In this document: positions 37,206-47,693 of the stretch, piece by piece
Position numbering within the stretch: position 1 is the stretch's first letter
How the letters are laid out: each line of letters begins with the position of its first letter
Notes under the pieces: generated by a model
Seen by the model: the letters and a program-made list of their open reading frames with translations, nothing else
Told to the model about the DNA's origin: nothing
Databases searched by the model: none
Made by a program: the position numbers and the translations under genes
Assembly: GCA_050246815.1 (NCBI GenBank)
Contig: JBFWVI010000001.1
Coordinates: forward strand, 56,127-120,126
Direction of reading: 5' to 3'
Source of the DNA: Bdellovibrionales bacterium
GTDB taxonomy: Bacteria; Bdellovibrionota; Bdellovibrionia; Bdellovibrionales; UBA1609
Length of the DNA stretch: 64,000 bases

Positions 37206-38894
37206 ATGAAAAGGCAAACGTCTAAGTATTTGATGGTATTTGCGTCTCTTATGGGGACAGTTTTGTTGTTTCAAAACTGTTCGGGGTTTACGGGTTTAGA
37301 GCAGGGATCATTCGAAGGTAGCAGCAGCGGGACTTTCGCCGCTCCGGGTATCACCTTCAGTGCTACACCCGAAATTATCAACTCCGCTGTTGTCACATTG
37401 AGTTTCGATGTTGAAATGCCGCCGGGTTCATTGATCAAGTCGATAACCTGCCAGTTGGGTGACAGCGCACCAATTGATTGCGGCACCAAAACCGCAAGTT
37501 TTGCCAATTTAACTGATGGCGATTACGTCTTAAAAGTAATTGCCGAAAACACCCAAGGTACCAAATCTGAAGCGGTGAAGTCATTCCGTAAAGACGCCAC
37601 CGCGCCCGTGGTGTTGGTCTCTTCGGCGCCGCCAGATTTTACCAATCAACAAACATTTGCGATCTCTTTCAGTGTCACCGACAATTTAAGCGGTGTGCAA
37701 GCAGTGGAATGTTCTTATGACAATGCGGCCTTCGGTCCTTGCACCAGCGCCACTTCGTCTTCGATGACTTTGAATGCGGGCGCCCACAAGTTTCAATTGC
37801 GCGCCATCGACAGAGGCGGCAACGTTTCGGTGGTTTACAATCGCGATTGGATGATCGACCTTTCGACTCCGACCGTGGTGATCAACGATCCACGACCCGC
37901 TGCTGCGACCAACGCGGACAGCGCCACCTTTAACTTTTCAGGCGTGGGGATTGTGGCTTACGAATGTCAATTGGATGCCGGCGCGATCGAAGCTTGTGAC
38001 ACGGGCAAGGCATACACGGCACTTGCTTCGGCGCAACACACCTTTCGGGTGCGTGGCCGTAACGCCGCTGGAACTTTGTCCGCTTTCGCTCAATATATGT
38101 GGACGATCGACCGAACTGCGCCCAGCGTGCCAGTCTTAGTGGCCGATGTGCCAGCGGCGCCAAATGCGACAGCGATTAGAAATGCCAGCATTAGCTTTTC
38201 TGCAAACGATGGGGCCGGCACCGGAATCGCGGGCTTTGTCTGTGCGGTTGATGGCTCGGCCACCTTTGCCGCCTGCACCAGCCCACGTGCCTTTACCAAC
38301 TTGGCAGAAGGCAATCACTCTTTGCGCGTGAAGGCCCGCGACAACGCCGGCAATGAATCCGCTGAAGGGGCGTTCTCTTGGGTCGTCGATTCGGTTTTGC
38401 CGACTTTGGCTTTTGTGAATCCGCCGGCTTCAAGCACCAGCACTTCGGCGGTCATTCAGTTCAACGCAGCTGACGCGGGGAGTGGTTTGGCCAGTGTTCA
38501 GTGCTCCTTGAACAATGCTGCTTTCGCCAATTGCACTTCGCCGGTGAATTTAAGTGGTCTGGCCGTGCAAGCTCATAACTTCCGAGTTCGTGCCACGGAC
38601 CGTGCGGGTAATATCCAGAATGTGGCGCACAATTGGTCTGTGATGCCGGTGGTCGCGCCTCCCCCTGCAGAGTGGGTTGTGCCGACGATCTCGTTGGCCG
38701 CAGGCAGTGGTTCGACATTCAATTTGGTCGACACCCTGCCCGCCAATGTGGTCAGAAATGGTGTGTTCTCGGTCGATCCAACAGGTGCGGCTTTGCCGGC
38801 GGGCATGACCTTGGCCGCCAACGGCGTGCTTTCGGTGGGAACCGCCGCCGTGGGTGATACCAACGGTGTGATTTTCTCGTACACCGAACCTTAA
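37206..38894 (+). CDS. Ig-like repeat surface lipoprotein
   Basis: LLFQNCS lipobox; five ~85 aa repeats of type C.LD/N..F..C.S...L..G.H.F.VRA.D.AGN...W..D...P. Confidence 0.85.
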   Translation: MKRQTSKYLMVFASLMGTVLLFQNCSGFTGLEQGSFEGSSSGTFAAPGITFSATPEIINSAVVTLSFDVEMPPGSLIKSITCQLGDSAPIDCGTKTASFANLTDGDYVLKVIAENTQGTKSEAVKSFRKDATAPVVLVSSAPPDFTNQQTFAISFSVTDNLSGVQAVECSYDNAAFGPCTSATSSSMTLNAGAHKFQLRAIDRGGNVSVVYNRDWMIDLSTPTVVINDPRPAAATNADSATFNFSGVGIVAYECQLDAGAIEACDTGKAYTALASAQHTFRVRGRNAAGTLSAFAQYMWTIDRTAPSVPVLVADVPAAPNATAIRNASISFSANDGAGTGIAGFVCAVDGSATFAACTSPRAFTNLAEGNHSLRVKARDNAGNESAEGAFSWVVDSVLPTLAFVNPPASSTSTSAVIQFNAADAGSGLASVQCSLNNAAFANCTSPVNLSGLAVQAHNFRVRATDRAGNIQNVAHNWSVMPVVAPPPAEWVVPTISLAAGSGSTFNLVDTLPANVVRNGVFSVDPTGAALPAGMTLAANGVLSVGTAAVGDTNGVIFSYTEP

Positions 38895-38916
38895 ACTAAA
38901 GTTCCGGCGGGGACTA

Positions 38917-40569
38917 TTATTGAGTCTTCGCCGGTGCTCCCAGCTTTTGATTCATTTCTTCCATAGTTTTTTTGATCGAGGCGAGCTTAGGTGAGTTGAC
39001 CTCGTTTTTTGCTAAATATTCTTCGAGAATTTTTTTGGCCTTTTGCGGCTGATTGTCACCAAGATAAGCCTCACTCAGCTTTGCGGCGACGCTGAATTCA
39101 TTCAAACCATAGGAATTTTTAAGGGCCTTTTCACCCATGGCCGCGGCCTCTTTGTATTTCTTCATTTTCAAAAGACTCGAAGTGTATTGCGATTGCACAT
39201 GCCCATCGTTCGGGCGGGCTTTGACAAGCTCTTCGGTCAATTGATGGGCTTCATTGGTCATGCCGGCGCCCAAGTAGGCCGCACGCAGCCGCAGGGCTGG
39301 GCCTGGAAGCTTGGCGTTGATGTGGGCTTTGGCCCCCTCTTCGGCGGCCTTGGCCCAAGCGGCTTGGGCGGGCAGACCTGAGTATTCAACAATTTCGCCA
39401 TTGATGTAGGCAACATAAAATCTTTCAAGTCCGGTGTACTCACCCAGTGAATCTGTGGTCAGGGCCTTTTTTAGGGCGGCCTCGTCACTCAACCATTTGT
39501 CGACTAATTTCTGTGACTCGCGGGCCAAAACCTGAGCTTCTTTACTTTTTTCGGGCAACAGACTGATCAGGCTTTGACGCCAAAATTGTGAGCGGGTGGT
39601 ATCCCCTTCGGCTTTTAAGGCTTCAGCTAGCGCTTTATTCAATTTATCTTTGGCGGCCGTATTTTTTTTGGCTTCTGCCGCCGCCATTTCGACTTTGGCG
39701 TCCAGATATTCCTTAGGTTTAGGGTTTTGCTTTTCCATCAAAGCTGCTGCTTTATCGAATTGGCCGGCGAAATAATAGCGTATGGCCAGCAACTCCTGAT
39801 TGGCCGCGGTCGGTTCGGCCTGCTCGAGCTGCTGGATCGACACAGGGGATTTTTGTGCTTCTGCGAAAAGCGACTCCAGCGTGCTTAAAGGTTGGTAATC
39901 ATAAAGACGGGCGATTTCTTGCCCGCTTGGGGTCATCATGATCAGACTTGGAATACCACGAATGGCATAGCGGGCGCTAATGGCCGAGTTGGTTAAGATG
40001 TCGGTGTCGATTTTGACCTTCACAAAATCGGCCGTTAATTTTTTAAATTGGGGCAATGGGAAAATTTCCGATTCTAAGCGAACGCAGCCAGGGCACCACC
40101 GCGCTGAAAAATCAGCCAAGATTAACTTTTTACTTTTGCTGGCTTGGCGTAGGGCCTCTTCGAAGTCAGTTAAAAAGCCATGCTCATTTTTTTTGCCCGG
40201 GTGGGCTGCATGGGACTGGGGTGGCGCCGTCTTTTTTGTGCTGTTGCCCATTGGCAAATTGTGGACTTCGCAAAAGGTCTGAGCGTCGTCGCAGACGTAA
40301 AGATGCATGGTGGCCTTTTCAAAGCCAGACGGCAGGGGGGTCAAAACCAATTTGCGTTTTTCTAGAGTGGAGGGGGCGACGAACTGCGCGCCGTTTTGCA
40401 GGCCATTGGGTGCCTTTTCGTTAAAATGAAAGCCCTGTAGCAAAGTGGCGGTGAAAGTTTGTCCCTGCACCGCTGTTTTCAGGGCTTTGGCGCTACGGGG
40501 CGGTGGGGCCGCAGCATGGGCAGCGAGAGAAAAAAGACCGGCGGCGAGGATAGTAAAAAACGTTTTCAT
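38917..40569 (-). CDS. Exported thioredoxin-family protein with TPR-like C-terminus
   Basis: Signal peptide; N-terminal DsbD-N-like Cys pair (YVCDDAQTFC); DFSARWCPGC; GIPS; helical repeats. Confidence 0.85.
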   Translation of the reverse strand: MKTFFTILAAGLFSLAAHAAAPPPRSAKALKTAVQGQTFTATLLQGFHFNEKAPNGLQNGAQFVAPSTLEKRKLVLTPLPSGFEKATMHLYVCDDAQTFCEVHNLPMGNSTKKTAPPQSHAAHPGKKNEHGFLTDFEEALRQASKSKKLILADFSARWCPGCVRLESEIFPLPQFKKLTADFVKVKIDTDILTNSAISARYAIRGIPSLIMMTPSGQEIARLYDYQPLSTLESLFAEAQKSPVSIQQLEQAEPTAANQELLAIRYYFAGQFDKAAALMEKQNPKPKEYLDAKVEMAAAEAKKNTAAKDKLNKALAEALKAEGDTTRSQFWRQSLISLLPEKSKEAQVLARESQKLVDKWLSDEAALKKALTTDSLGEYTGLERFYVAYINGEIVEYSGLPAQAAWAKAAEEGAKAHINAKLPGPALRLRAAYLGAGMTNEAHQLTEELVKARPNDGHVQSQYTSSLLKMKKYKEAAAMGEKALKNSYGLNEFSVAAKLSEAYLGDNQPQKAKKILEEYLAKNEVNSPKLASIKKTMEEMNQKLGAPAKTQ

Positions 40570-40733
40570 TTAAATCCCCTTGTCGAGGGCTTCAAATTTA
40601 AGTGAGGCGAGCGGAAATAGTAAACCACTTCCGCGTTTGAAACTGATTGCGTCAAAAGAGCGAGGGGCACGCACGGGTTGGGGGGGGCGAGAGACTAAAA
40701 TCAAAGGGCCGGTTTGGCTTTTAGGCTGGGTTC

Positions 40734-40964
40734 TTAAATGACAGAGCTGATGGCCTCTAAGAACAGCTGCGTCAGCGTGCCCAGTAAAACCAAGGTGATC
40801 AGGCCCCAGCTGAATAGACGGTACCAGCGACTGACCTTCTGCGCCAGGACACTGAAATCGGCGTTTTTAACTCGGATGGGGCCTTCGACCACGGCCGCCA
40901 AAAAAAACCGTGCGCTGAAGGCTGTAATCGTCAGGGCTACTAGAGCTAAGAAAGTGATCAGCAT
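40734..40964 (-). CDS. Small membrane protein (2 TM)
   Basis: 76 aa with two hydrophobic segments. Confidence 0.45.
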   Translation of the reverse strand: MLITFLALVALTITAFSARFFLAAVVEGPIRVKNADFSVLAQKVSRWYRLFSWGLITLVLLGTLTQLFLEAISSVI

Positions 40965-41021
40965 GATAGGTTGTCGGTGGGTCGTCGTCTCATCTTAAGA
41001 CGTGGGCTGAAAAACTGGATT

Positions 41022-41894
41022 TTAGTCGAATGGAAACATGAACAGCGTTTGATGGCAGGGCAACCGCAGGTATCTTTGGCGTAGCTTGTGGCCTATTCCC
41101 CCGTGTTTTAGCACGACAATCACCTCGGCGTCGCTTTGTCGAACCACCGCACGGGCTTTGAGCAAATTGCGGCACTGACGTGCAAGGCCTTCCAGTTCGC
41201 TGGGGGCAGATGTTTTGCTGAGGCTCCAGTCTTTGACTTCAACCCAAACTTGGCGGCCACCATGACGGGTCACCAAAATGTCAATTTCACTACCGCGAAC
41301 AGGGGCCGCCGCTGTGGCGCCTACCTTTCGTTCGTAGCGAGCAACATGCCAAGGAAACATTTCTGTAAGGCGTTGGTTAAAGCTGAGTTCTTTGGCGTGG
41401 AAGTGGGTGGCCACCACGGCTTGCCAGACATTGGCCATCAGCCAACGTAGACGCTCAAGGTGAAATTGCGGGGCTCGTCTTTGGGGCGAGCGCATCAACT
41501 GGGCTTCTTCGCGCAACAATTCCCGCAAAAAATCAGTGGTGGTTTGAAGCGTTGGACCGCCCTTATAACGACGATCGATTGCATCCAAAGCCTGATCGAG
41601 GCCTGCCAATGTGGCCTCATTATAAGTGGCTTCTTGTAGGATTTGATGGAGCCGTACAAAGTCTCGAGCTAAATCTTGATGCCGACTGGCCAAGCTGCCG
41701 GGTTCGGGATTCAGGGAGAGACGACGTATCGCAGGGTCGCTATGTGTGCTCAGGTGCGTGGAGCGGGCGTAAATGTGGAAAGTGAGTGGGCCGTCGCAGG
41801 GTGAGCCTGCTGGCAGGCCTTGGCTGGCCGTCACGGCAAATGCGAAACAAACCAAAGGCAAAAGGCCTGCGATTTTGAAGCCGAATTTGTGCAT
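41022..41894 (-). CDS. Exported protein with C-terminal PD-(D/E)xK nuclease-like domain
   Basis: Signal peptide MHKFGFKIAGLLPLVCFAFAVTA; GSEIDILV..VWVEVKDW. Confidence 0.6.
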   Translation of the reverse strand: MHKFGFKIAGLLPLVCFAFAVTASQGLPAGSPCDGPLTFHIYARSTHLSTHSDPAIRRLSLNPEPGSLASRHQDLARDFVRLHQILQEATYNEATLAGLDQALDAIDRRYKGGPTLQTTTDFLRELLREEAQLMRSPQRRAPQFHLERLRWLMANVWQAVVATHFHAKELSFNQRLTEMFPWHVARYERKVGATAAAPVRGSEIDILVTRHGGRQVWVEVKDWSLSKTSAPSELEGLARQCRNLLKARAVVRQSDAEVIVVLKHGGIGHKLRQRYLRLPCHQTLFMFPFD

Positions 41895-41951
41895 GGGCGC
41901 TTATAGCTTGGCATGGCCCATAACGCAATGCTTCTGAGCTCTTTTTAAGGT

Positions 41952-42641
41952 CTAATTGGTGACAGGAGCCTGGGGAGACGTGGTGGCAGACGGCTGTTCG
42001 AGTTCGTTTAGGCGTTTTTCCAGCTGCTCGCCGATTTGCTCTTGATTGGCGGGGGCGGCGGCCACCGCTTCGCGGCCGTTGGTGTACTGGCGTGAGCGCA
42101 AATAATCCTCAGGTTTCAGGGGCCGCTTGAAGGACGAGCGGGTTAAATAGCCGTCCACAAAAGCGACGATATTGTCACCGCGTTCGGGGAGGTCCCGAAG
42201 CGCTTGGCTCAGATAGCTCATTTGTTTCCATAAAGTTTGTTTGCTTTCATGGGCCAACAAATCAGTGCGGGCCATGTCCGCTAAACGTTCGCTTAAAAAT
42301 TGGCGAATGTCGCCGCTCCTGAAACGAGTGTCCACTTGAAATAGCAGGCGGTCGATCAGTTCTTGGCGCAGCAATCGCTCTTGACGTTCGTCATTGAGTT
42401 TGTCGATGTCGTTTTCGTTTAGGCTGGCGGCCACGACTTGCGGACCAATCAGTGTTTTAATCCGCTCATCCAAAGCCTGCAAGCGCTGGGTGTTCTGGGC
42501 TTTTAAACCTTTGAGTTCACGCAAAACTTGGTCGCGCCCCACATCCACTGCGGCAGCCATGCTGGCCTGAAACAAAAAAATGAGGTTCAAAATCAAAAAG
42601 CGCAAAAGAGGTCTCCTTGGGTCGAACGACCATAACCACAT
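41952..42641 (-). CDS. Exported helical hypothetical protein
   Basis: Signal-peptide-like segment ending ASMAAA, then coiled-coil-like region; true start may be downstream. Confidence 0.65.
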   Translation of the reverse strand: MWLWSFDPRRPLLRFLILNLIFLFQASMAAAVDVGRDQVLRELKGLKAQNTQRLQALDERIKTLIGPQVVAASLNENDIDKLNDERQERLLRQELIDRLLFQVDTRFRSGDIRQFLSERLADMARTDLLAHESKQTLWKQMSYLSQALRDLPERGDNIVAFVDGYLTRSSFKRPLKPEDYLRSRQYTNGREAVAAAPANQEQIGEQLEKRLNELEQPSATTSPQAPVTN

Positions 42642-42846
42642 ACTAGTAGAGCAAAATCAGGGCCATTTAGGGATTGGTAGGTGGTTGATTTTACGTGATT
42701 TTTTGTGTGATCGGGTGTTGAAAGGGCGGGTTGGTGCCCAAATGCGGCCCAATTGGGCTTTTGGCGTCGCGCCCCGTGAAGTTAATTTTACTTGGTTTGG
42801 TCGTTTTTTACTGGCTACGATCAATTCACTTTATCGAGGGGGAACC

Positions 42847-43368
42847 ATGGTCAAGATACGGGCGTTACTTCTTTTGATCTTTTTTTTCGCGGCACCCTGG
42901 GCCCACGCTTTCGCCGTAGTTGAGGCCAACTGTCTGCAGGGCGGTTGTTTTAAAAACGGCTGGACTCTTTATGACCTGCGCACGGGCCAGACTTCGATCG
43001 TGCAGTGTCTTGAAGGAGATTGCACTCGCGTGGGTTGGAGCATGGAAATGGTGGGCCAAGGGCCTGGCTACAATTCAATTTGTGAACCAGAAGGTTGTTT
43101 TGTAAGTGGCTGGCGGACCTATGACGTCATCACTCGTCGCCCTGTTGGTTCAGTCACGTGCATGATCGCAGAGAACTCTGAGCGCAACTGTTTAACTGAA
43201 GGCTGGGTGGACCGCCCCCAGTTTGGCGGCCAGGCTGTCCTTCGCTGCATTCAAAAAGATTGTGCCCAAGCGGGATGGGAGATTTGGTTGCCCAACGGCC
43301 AGTGGCAACGGGCCATCTGCCGACCGGGCGGCTGTTTTGAGCGTGGATGGATCGTCGAACAGCGCTAA
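42847..43368 (+). CDS. Exported Cys-rich repeat protein
   Basis: GAGGGG RBS; signal peptide; six C..C-x3-GW repeats. Confidence 0.8.
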   Translation: MVKIRALLLLIFFFAAPWAHAFAVVEANCLQGGCFKNGWTLYDLRTGQTSIVQCLEGDCTRVGWSMEMVGQGPGYNSICEPEGCFVSGWRTYDVITRRPVGSVTCMIAENSERNCLTEGWVDRPQFGGQAVLRCIQKDCAQAGWEIWLPNGQWQRAICRPGGCFERGWIVEQR

Positions 43369-44354
43369 ATAATATTCGTGGATTTGATCATCGACTGCTG
43401 AAGTCTTGGCGCCAGCACGTGCCCAAAGACGCCGCCGTTTTGATGGCGGTGTCAGGTGGGGTGGATTCGTTGGTGATGGCGGATTTTTTGTGGCGTTGGC
43501 AGAGGCTTTTAAGGCTTGAGCTGGTGGTGGCCCATGTGCACCATGGTCGCATGCGCGGTCGTCAAGGCACCTTTCGCAACCAGGCTGCCAAAGTCGTATT
43601 TGACTTTGCCCGCCGTCGAAAACTGCCCTTTTGGTCAAACACCCAGTGGCGTGGTTTAAAGCTGGTGGGCGTGCAGAGCAGCAAAAAACGCTTAAAAAGT
43701 GAGGCCGATTTTCGCGATTTTCGCTGGGACTTGCTCAGACAGTGGCAAATCAAGTGGCAGCAGACCTATGATCGCCCGATTTTTATCGCCACCGCCCATT
43801 CAGCGGATGACCAAATTGAAACTCAATTGATCAGGCTTTTGAGGGGGACCGGGCCTGATGGGCTGCGCGCGATGACGATGCGCGATCAAGATTTGTTGCG
43901 ACCCTTGCTGCAGGAGCCCAAAAGTACTTTGTTGTCCGTGGCGAAAAAACAACGGTTGAAGTGGAAAGAAGACCCCAGCAATCATGAGGGTGAACAATTG
44001 CGCAGCTGGTTGCGGCAAAATTGGCTTGGGCCATTGCGGTCAAAGTGGCCAGAAGCCTTGCCCACCATGGCGCGTTCATTGGTGCAGTTGCTTGAAGCTG
44101 TGCCACCCCGCCCACGCCTGAAAGTGGACTCCAAAAAGCGCTTAGGACGTCAGCAGCTCCTTAGCCTGTCGCGTCCAGAGCAGCGTCGCATTTTGGCGCA
44201 ATACTTTCGTCAGTTGGGCCTGACCAATTACAGCCTGGCTCATTTAGAAGAGTTATTGCGCCGACTTGACACCGGACGTAAGGAACACACATTTAAGCTG
44301 CTGGGGCACATGTGTATGATCACGACGGAGTGGATTGCCCTTCGTCCGGAATGA
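43347..44354 (+). CDS. tilS: tRNA(Ile)-lysidine synthetase
   Basis: AVSGGVDS, AHVHHG, TAHSADDQIET, LLRGTG, RPLL, WKEDPSN; precedes ftsH. Confidence 0.93.
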   Translation: MDRRTALNNIRGFDHRLLKSWRQHVPKDAAVLMAVSGGVDSLVMADFLWRWQRLLRLELVVAHVHHGRMRGRQGTFRNQAAKVVFDFARRRKLPFWSNTQWRGLKLVGVQSSKKRLKSEADFRDFRWDLLRQWQIKWQQTYDRPIFIATAHSADDQIETQLIRLLRGTGPDGLRAMTMRDQDLLRPLLQEPKSTLLSVAKKQRLKWKEDPSNHEGEQLRSWLRQNWLGPLRSKWPEALPTMARSLVQLLEAVPPRPRLKVDSKKRLGRQQLLSLSRPEQRRILAQYFRQLGLTNYSLAHLEELLRRLDTGRKEHTFKLLGHMCMITTEWIALRPE

Positions 44355-44440
44355 GACACTGCGCGCCTCAAGTCGATTGTGACACATTTCCGCTAGTGGT
44401 ATCCTAGGGGAAGCACTGGAAATCAGCGAAAGGACCGTTC

Positions 44441-46429
44441 ATGCGCTCGGCACAAAAAACAATGGCTCTGTGGGTGATCATCGTGATCGGCGCCCTAGTG
44501 GCCTATGAGCATCTTCGTAACGCCGCCGACATCAAACAAGTATTCAATTACCGCACGTTCTTACAAGCCGTTGACGCAGGCCAAGTGCAAAAAGACACGG
44601 TTGTTTTCAACTCTGTTTCGGGCACGATTGCAGGCAAGTTCACCGACGAAGGTAAAACCAAATACGGCTCTGGCACTTTCAAAATCGACGGTGATGTCGA
44701 AAAAGCCTATGACGAATTGAAAGAGCGCAAAATCACCCCGGCCTATGAAAATTCCAATGACACCTATTTGACTCAGCAGATTTTCAACTGGCTGCCGATG
44801 CTGCTTTTGGTGGGTTTGTTCTTTTTCTTTTTGCGTCAACTGCAGGTTGGTGGCGGCAAAGCCATGGCGTTTGGTAAAAGTCGCGCCAAGCTTTTGAACG
44901 AAAATGTCAATCGCGTCACCTTTAAAGATGTCGCCGGCGTCGATGAAGCGAAGCAGGACTTGCAAGAGATTGTCTTGTTTTTGAAAGATCCGAAAAAATT
45001 CACTCGCCTAGGCGGGCGCATCCCGAAGGGCGTTTTGCTTGTCGGCTCACCCGGCACAGGTAAAACGCTTTTAGCTCGTGCAGTGGCAGGTGAGGCCAAT
45101 GTGCCTTTTTTCACCATCTCGGGTTCTGACTTCGTCGAGATGTTTGTGGGTGTGGGAGCTTCGCGTGTGCGTGATTTATTTGAGCAGGGTAAACGTCGGG
45201 CGCCATGTTTGATCTTTATCGACGAGATCGATGCCGTCGGGCGCCATCGCGGCGCTGGCATGGGTGGCGGTCATGACGAACGCGAGCAGACCCTGAACCA
45301 ATTGTTAGTGGAAATGGATGGTTTTGAAAGTAACGAAGGCGTAATTTTGATTGCCGCCACCAACCGTCCCGATGTTTTAGACCCGGCACTGCTGCGCCCA
45401 GGGCGCTTTGACCGTCGCGTGATAGTGAATAAGCCCGATATCAAAGGGCGCGAGCAGATCTTAGCGGTGCATACGCGTAAAACCCCGATGGCTGTGAATG
45501 TGAACTTGGAAAGAATTGCCCGCGGTACCCCTGGCTTTTCGGGCGCCGACTTGGAAAATTTGGTGAACGAAGCGGCCTTGCAGGCAGCACGCGACAACAA
45601 GCTGCGCATTGAGATGGATGATTTCGAAAAAGCCAAAGACAAAGTCTTGATGGGTGCCGAGCGCAAATCCATGGTGATCAGCGAAAAAGACAAACGCATC
45701 ACGGCTTACCATGAAGCGGGTCACGCCATTGTGGGCAAAACCCTGGTGGGCCTTGATCCGATTCACAAGGTGACAATCATCCCGCGCGGCATGGCGCTTG
45801 GTTTGACACAGACCCTGCCCGAAGAAGATGCCTTAAGCCTTGCACGTAGCAAAGTGAACAACATGATTGCCTTTTTGTTCGGCGGTCGCGCGGCGGAAGA
45901 ATTGATTTTGCAAGATTACACCACAGGTGCAGGCAACGACATCGAGCGTGCCACGGATCTTGCCCGCCGCATGGTCTGCGAGTGGGGTATGAGCGATAAG
46001 CTGGGTCCCTTGGCACTTGAGCGTCGTGAAGGTCCGGTATTTTTGGGAATGCAGCAAAGCCAGGCGCCACAGTACTCCGAGGCTAAAGCCCAGGAGATCG
46101 ATCAAGAAGTCTATCGCATCGTGACCGAAGGCCATGAGTTGGCGTTGAAGATCCTTAAAGACAATATGAAGGCCCTGCACAACATGGCAGATGCTCTTTT
46201 AGAGTACGAGACCATTGACGGGGACGAAGTCGATCGTATGGTCAAGGGCGCCTCGCTTGAAGAGATCAAATCCTTCCGAGAATCGCGTCAGGAACAGATC
46301 GAAAAAGAGCGCAAGATCGCGGCCGAACAAGCCGAAAAGGAAAAGCGAGCTAAAGCGGAAGAAGAGAAGCGCGAGACCGAAGGCGGTGGACGCGATCCGG
46401 TTGGCCAGCCCGGTCCAGTGACCGCGTAA
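44441..46429 (+). CDS. ftsH: ATP-dependent zinc metalloprotease FtsH
   Basis: Two TMs, [32 protein letters not shown]. Confidence 0.98.
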   Translation: MRSAQKTMALWVIIVIGALVAYEHLRNAADIKQVFNYRTFLQAVDAGQVQKDTVVFNSVSGTIAGKFTDEGKTKYGSGTFKIDGDVEKAYDELKERKITPAYENSNDTYLTQQIFNWLPMLLLVGLFFFFLRQLQVGGGKAMAFGKSRAKLLNENVNRVTFKDVAGVDEAKQDLQEIVLFLKDPKKFTRLGGRIPKGVLLVGSPGTGKTLLARAVAGEANVPFFTISGSDFVEMFVGVGASRVRDLFEQGKRRAPCLIFIDEIDAVGRHRGAGMGGGHDEREQTLNQLLVEMDGFESNEGVILIAATNRPDVLDPALLRPGRFDRRVIVNKPDIKGREQILAVHTRKTPMAVNVNLERIARGTPGFSGADLENLVNEAALQAARDNKLRIEMDDFEKAKDKVLMGAERKSMVISEKDKRITAYHEAGHAIVGKTLVGLDPIHKVTIIPRGMALGLTQTLPEEDALSLARSKVNNMIAFLFGGRAAEELILQDYTTGAGNDIERATDLARRMVCEWGMSDKLGPLALERREGPVFLGMQQSQAPQYSEAKAQEIDQEVYRIVTEGHELALKILKDNMKALHNMADALLEYETIDGDEVDRMVKGASLEEIKSFRESRQEQIEKERKIAAEQAEKEKRAKAEEEKRETEGGGRDPVGQPGPVTA

Positions 46430-46458
46430 ACTTTTCGACGTAGAAGGGCCTTTTCATC

Positions 46459-47271
46459 GTGCGTGGTCTTCATGAGTTGGCCGATTCATTGCGCCTGATC
46501 CAATCCCAATTGGGATACCAGGACATTTTAGATTTGTTTTTGGTTTGGCTGGTGGTCTATCGCGTCTTGCTGCTCACAAAAAAATCCGGCGCTGTGCAAA
46601 TCTTGTCGGGTATGGGCATTTTGGCGATCGCCTATTTGCTCAGCATTCAACTGGAGCTGATCACCTTTAACTATCTGCTTGAAAAAATTTTCGCCAATCT
46701 GTTTTTGATCGTGGTGATCTTGTTTCAGGGCGAAATTCGGCGTGCTTTGGCCCAGATCGGAAGCAATCCATTTTTCAGTGGTGTCTCAAGAGTCGAAGAG
46801 TCGCAGAATATCGAAGAGCTGGCGAAGGGACTGGTCGCTTTGGCGCAAAAAGGCTATGGCGCCTTGGTGGTGATCGAACGCGAAATCACTTTGGACTATT
46901 TCATCGAAGAGGGCACCGCCGTCGACGCGGCGGTCAGCGCCGAAATTTTGCAGTCGTTGTTTCACCCCTTGAGCCCCCTGCATGACGGTGCGGTGATTAT
47001 TCGCGGCGGCCGTGTGCATTCAGCGGGCTGTTTTTTGCCCTTAAGTAAAAATCCGATCTTGGATAAAAATTTAGGCACTCGGCATCGTGCGGCCATCGGT
47101 TTGACCGAAGAGACGGACGCTTATGTCTTTGTGGTGAGTGAAGAGAATAAATCGGTGGGTTTGGTGCATGGGGGACATTTGTTTCCCGATGTGGATCACC
47201 CCACCATTCGCAAAACCCTGTATGAGATTTTCAACCTTAAGTTTCGGGCCATGGAACGGGGTGGGGTATGA
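46459..47271 (+). CDS. cdaA: Diadenylate cyclase CdaA/DacA
   Basis: Three N-terminal TMs, FQGEIRRAL, SPLHDGA (DGA) and LGTRHRAA (RHR). Confidence 0.95.
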   Translation: MRGLHELADSLRLIQSQLGYQDILDLFLVWLVVYRVLLLTKKSGAVQILSGMGILAIAYLLSIQLELITFNYLLEKIFANLFLIVVILFQGEIRRALAQIGSNPFFSGVSRVEESQNIEELAKGLVALAQKGYGALVVIEREITLDYFIEEGTAVDAAVSAEILQSLFHPLSPLHDGAVIIRGGRVHSAGCFLPLSKNPILDKNLGTRHRAAIGLTEETDAYVFVVSEENKSVGLVHGGHLFPDVDHPTIRKTLYEIFNLKFRAMERGGV

Positions 47272-47693
47272 AGCGTTACTCCCATGTGCTGACTGAAAAC
47301 GCCAGTTACAAATTTGTGGCTCTGGTTGTTGCTTCGGTCTTGTGGGTCACCATGCAGGGGCGTCGTGACACGGTTTTGACCCGTGATATGGAAATGCAGG
47401 TGCTTTTGCCACCCACTTTGGCGATTTCAAACCCCATTCCGCCTGCGGTGAAGGTCGAGGTGGCTGGGCCAAGAGTGGCTTTGCGACGCCTGGCCGAACG
47501 AACAGAGCCTTTTACCGTGGATTTGGGCCAAGCCCGCGCTGGACGCCAATTGGTGCGTTTGACCAAAGACAGCTTGAATTTACCTTTGGGTGCAAAAGTG
47601 CTATCGATTCAACCTCAAGAATTTTTGGCGGTGATCGTTGAAGTCGAAAAAAAAGTTGAACCCAAGAAGTGGAAAGACGATGTCAAAGAGTAA
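47268..47693 (+). CDS. cdaR: CdaR/YbbR-like regulator (single domain)
   Basis: KFVALVVASVLW anchor, VKVEVAGP, VDL; lies between cdaA and glmM. Confidence 0.8.
   Translation: MKRYSHVLTENASYKFVALVVASVLWVTMQGRRDTVLTRDMEMQVLLPPTLAISNPIPPAVKVEVAGPRVALRRLAERTEPFTVDLGQARAGRQLVRLTKDSLNLPLGAKVLSIQPQEFLAVIVEVEKKVEPKKWKDDVKE

Noticed and set aside
40645..40700. G-rich intergenic tract with a G9 run
   Set aside because: No complementary arm, promoter or terminator found to support a structured RNA.
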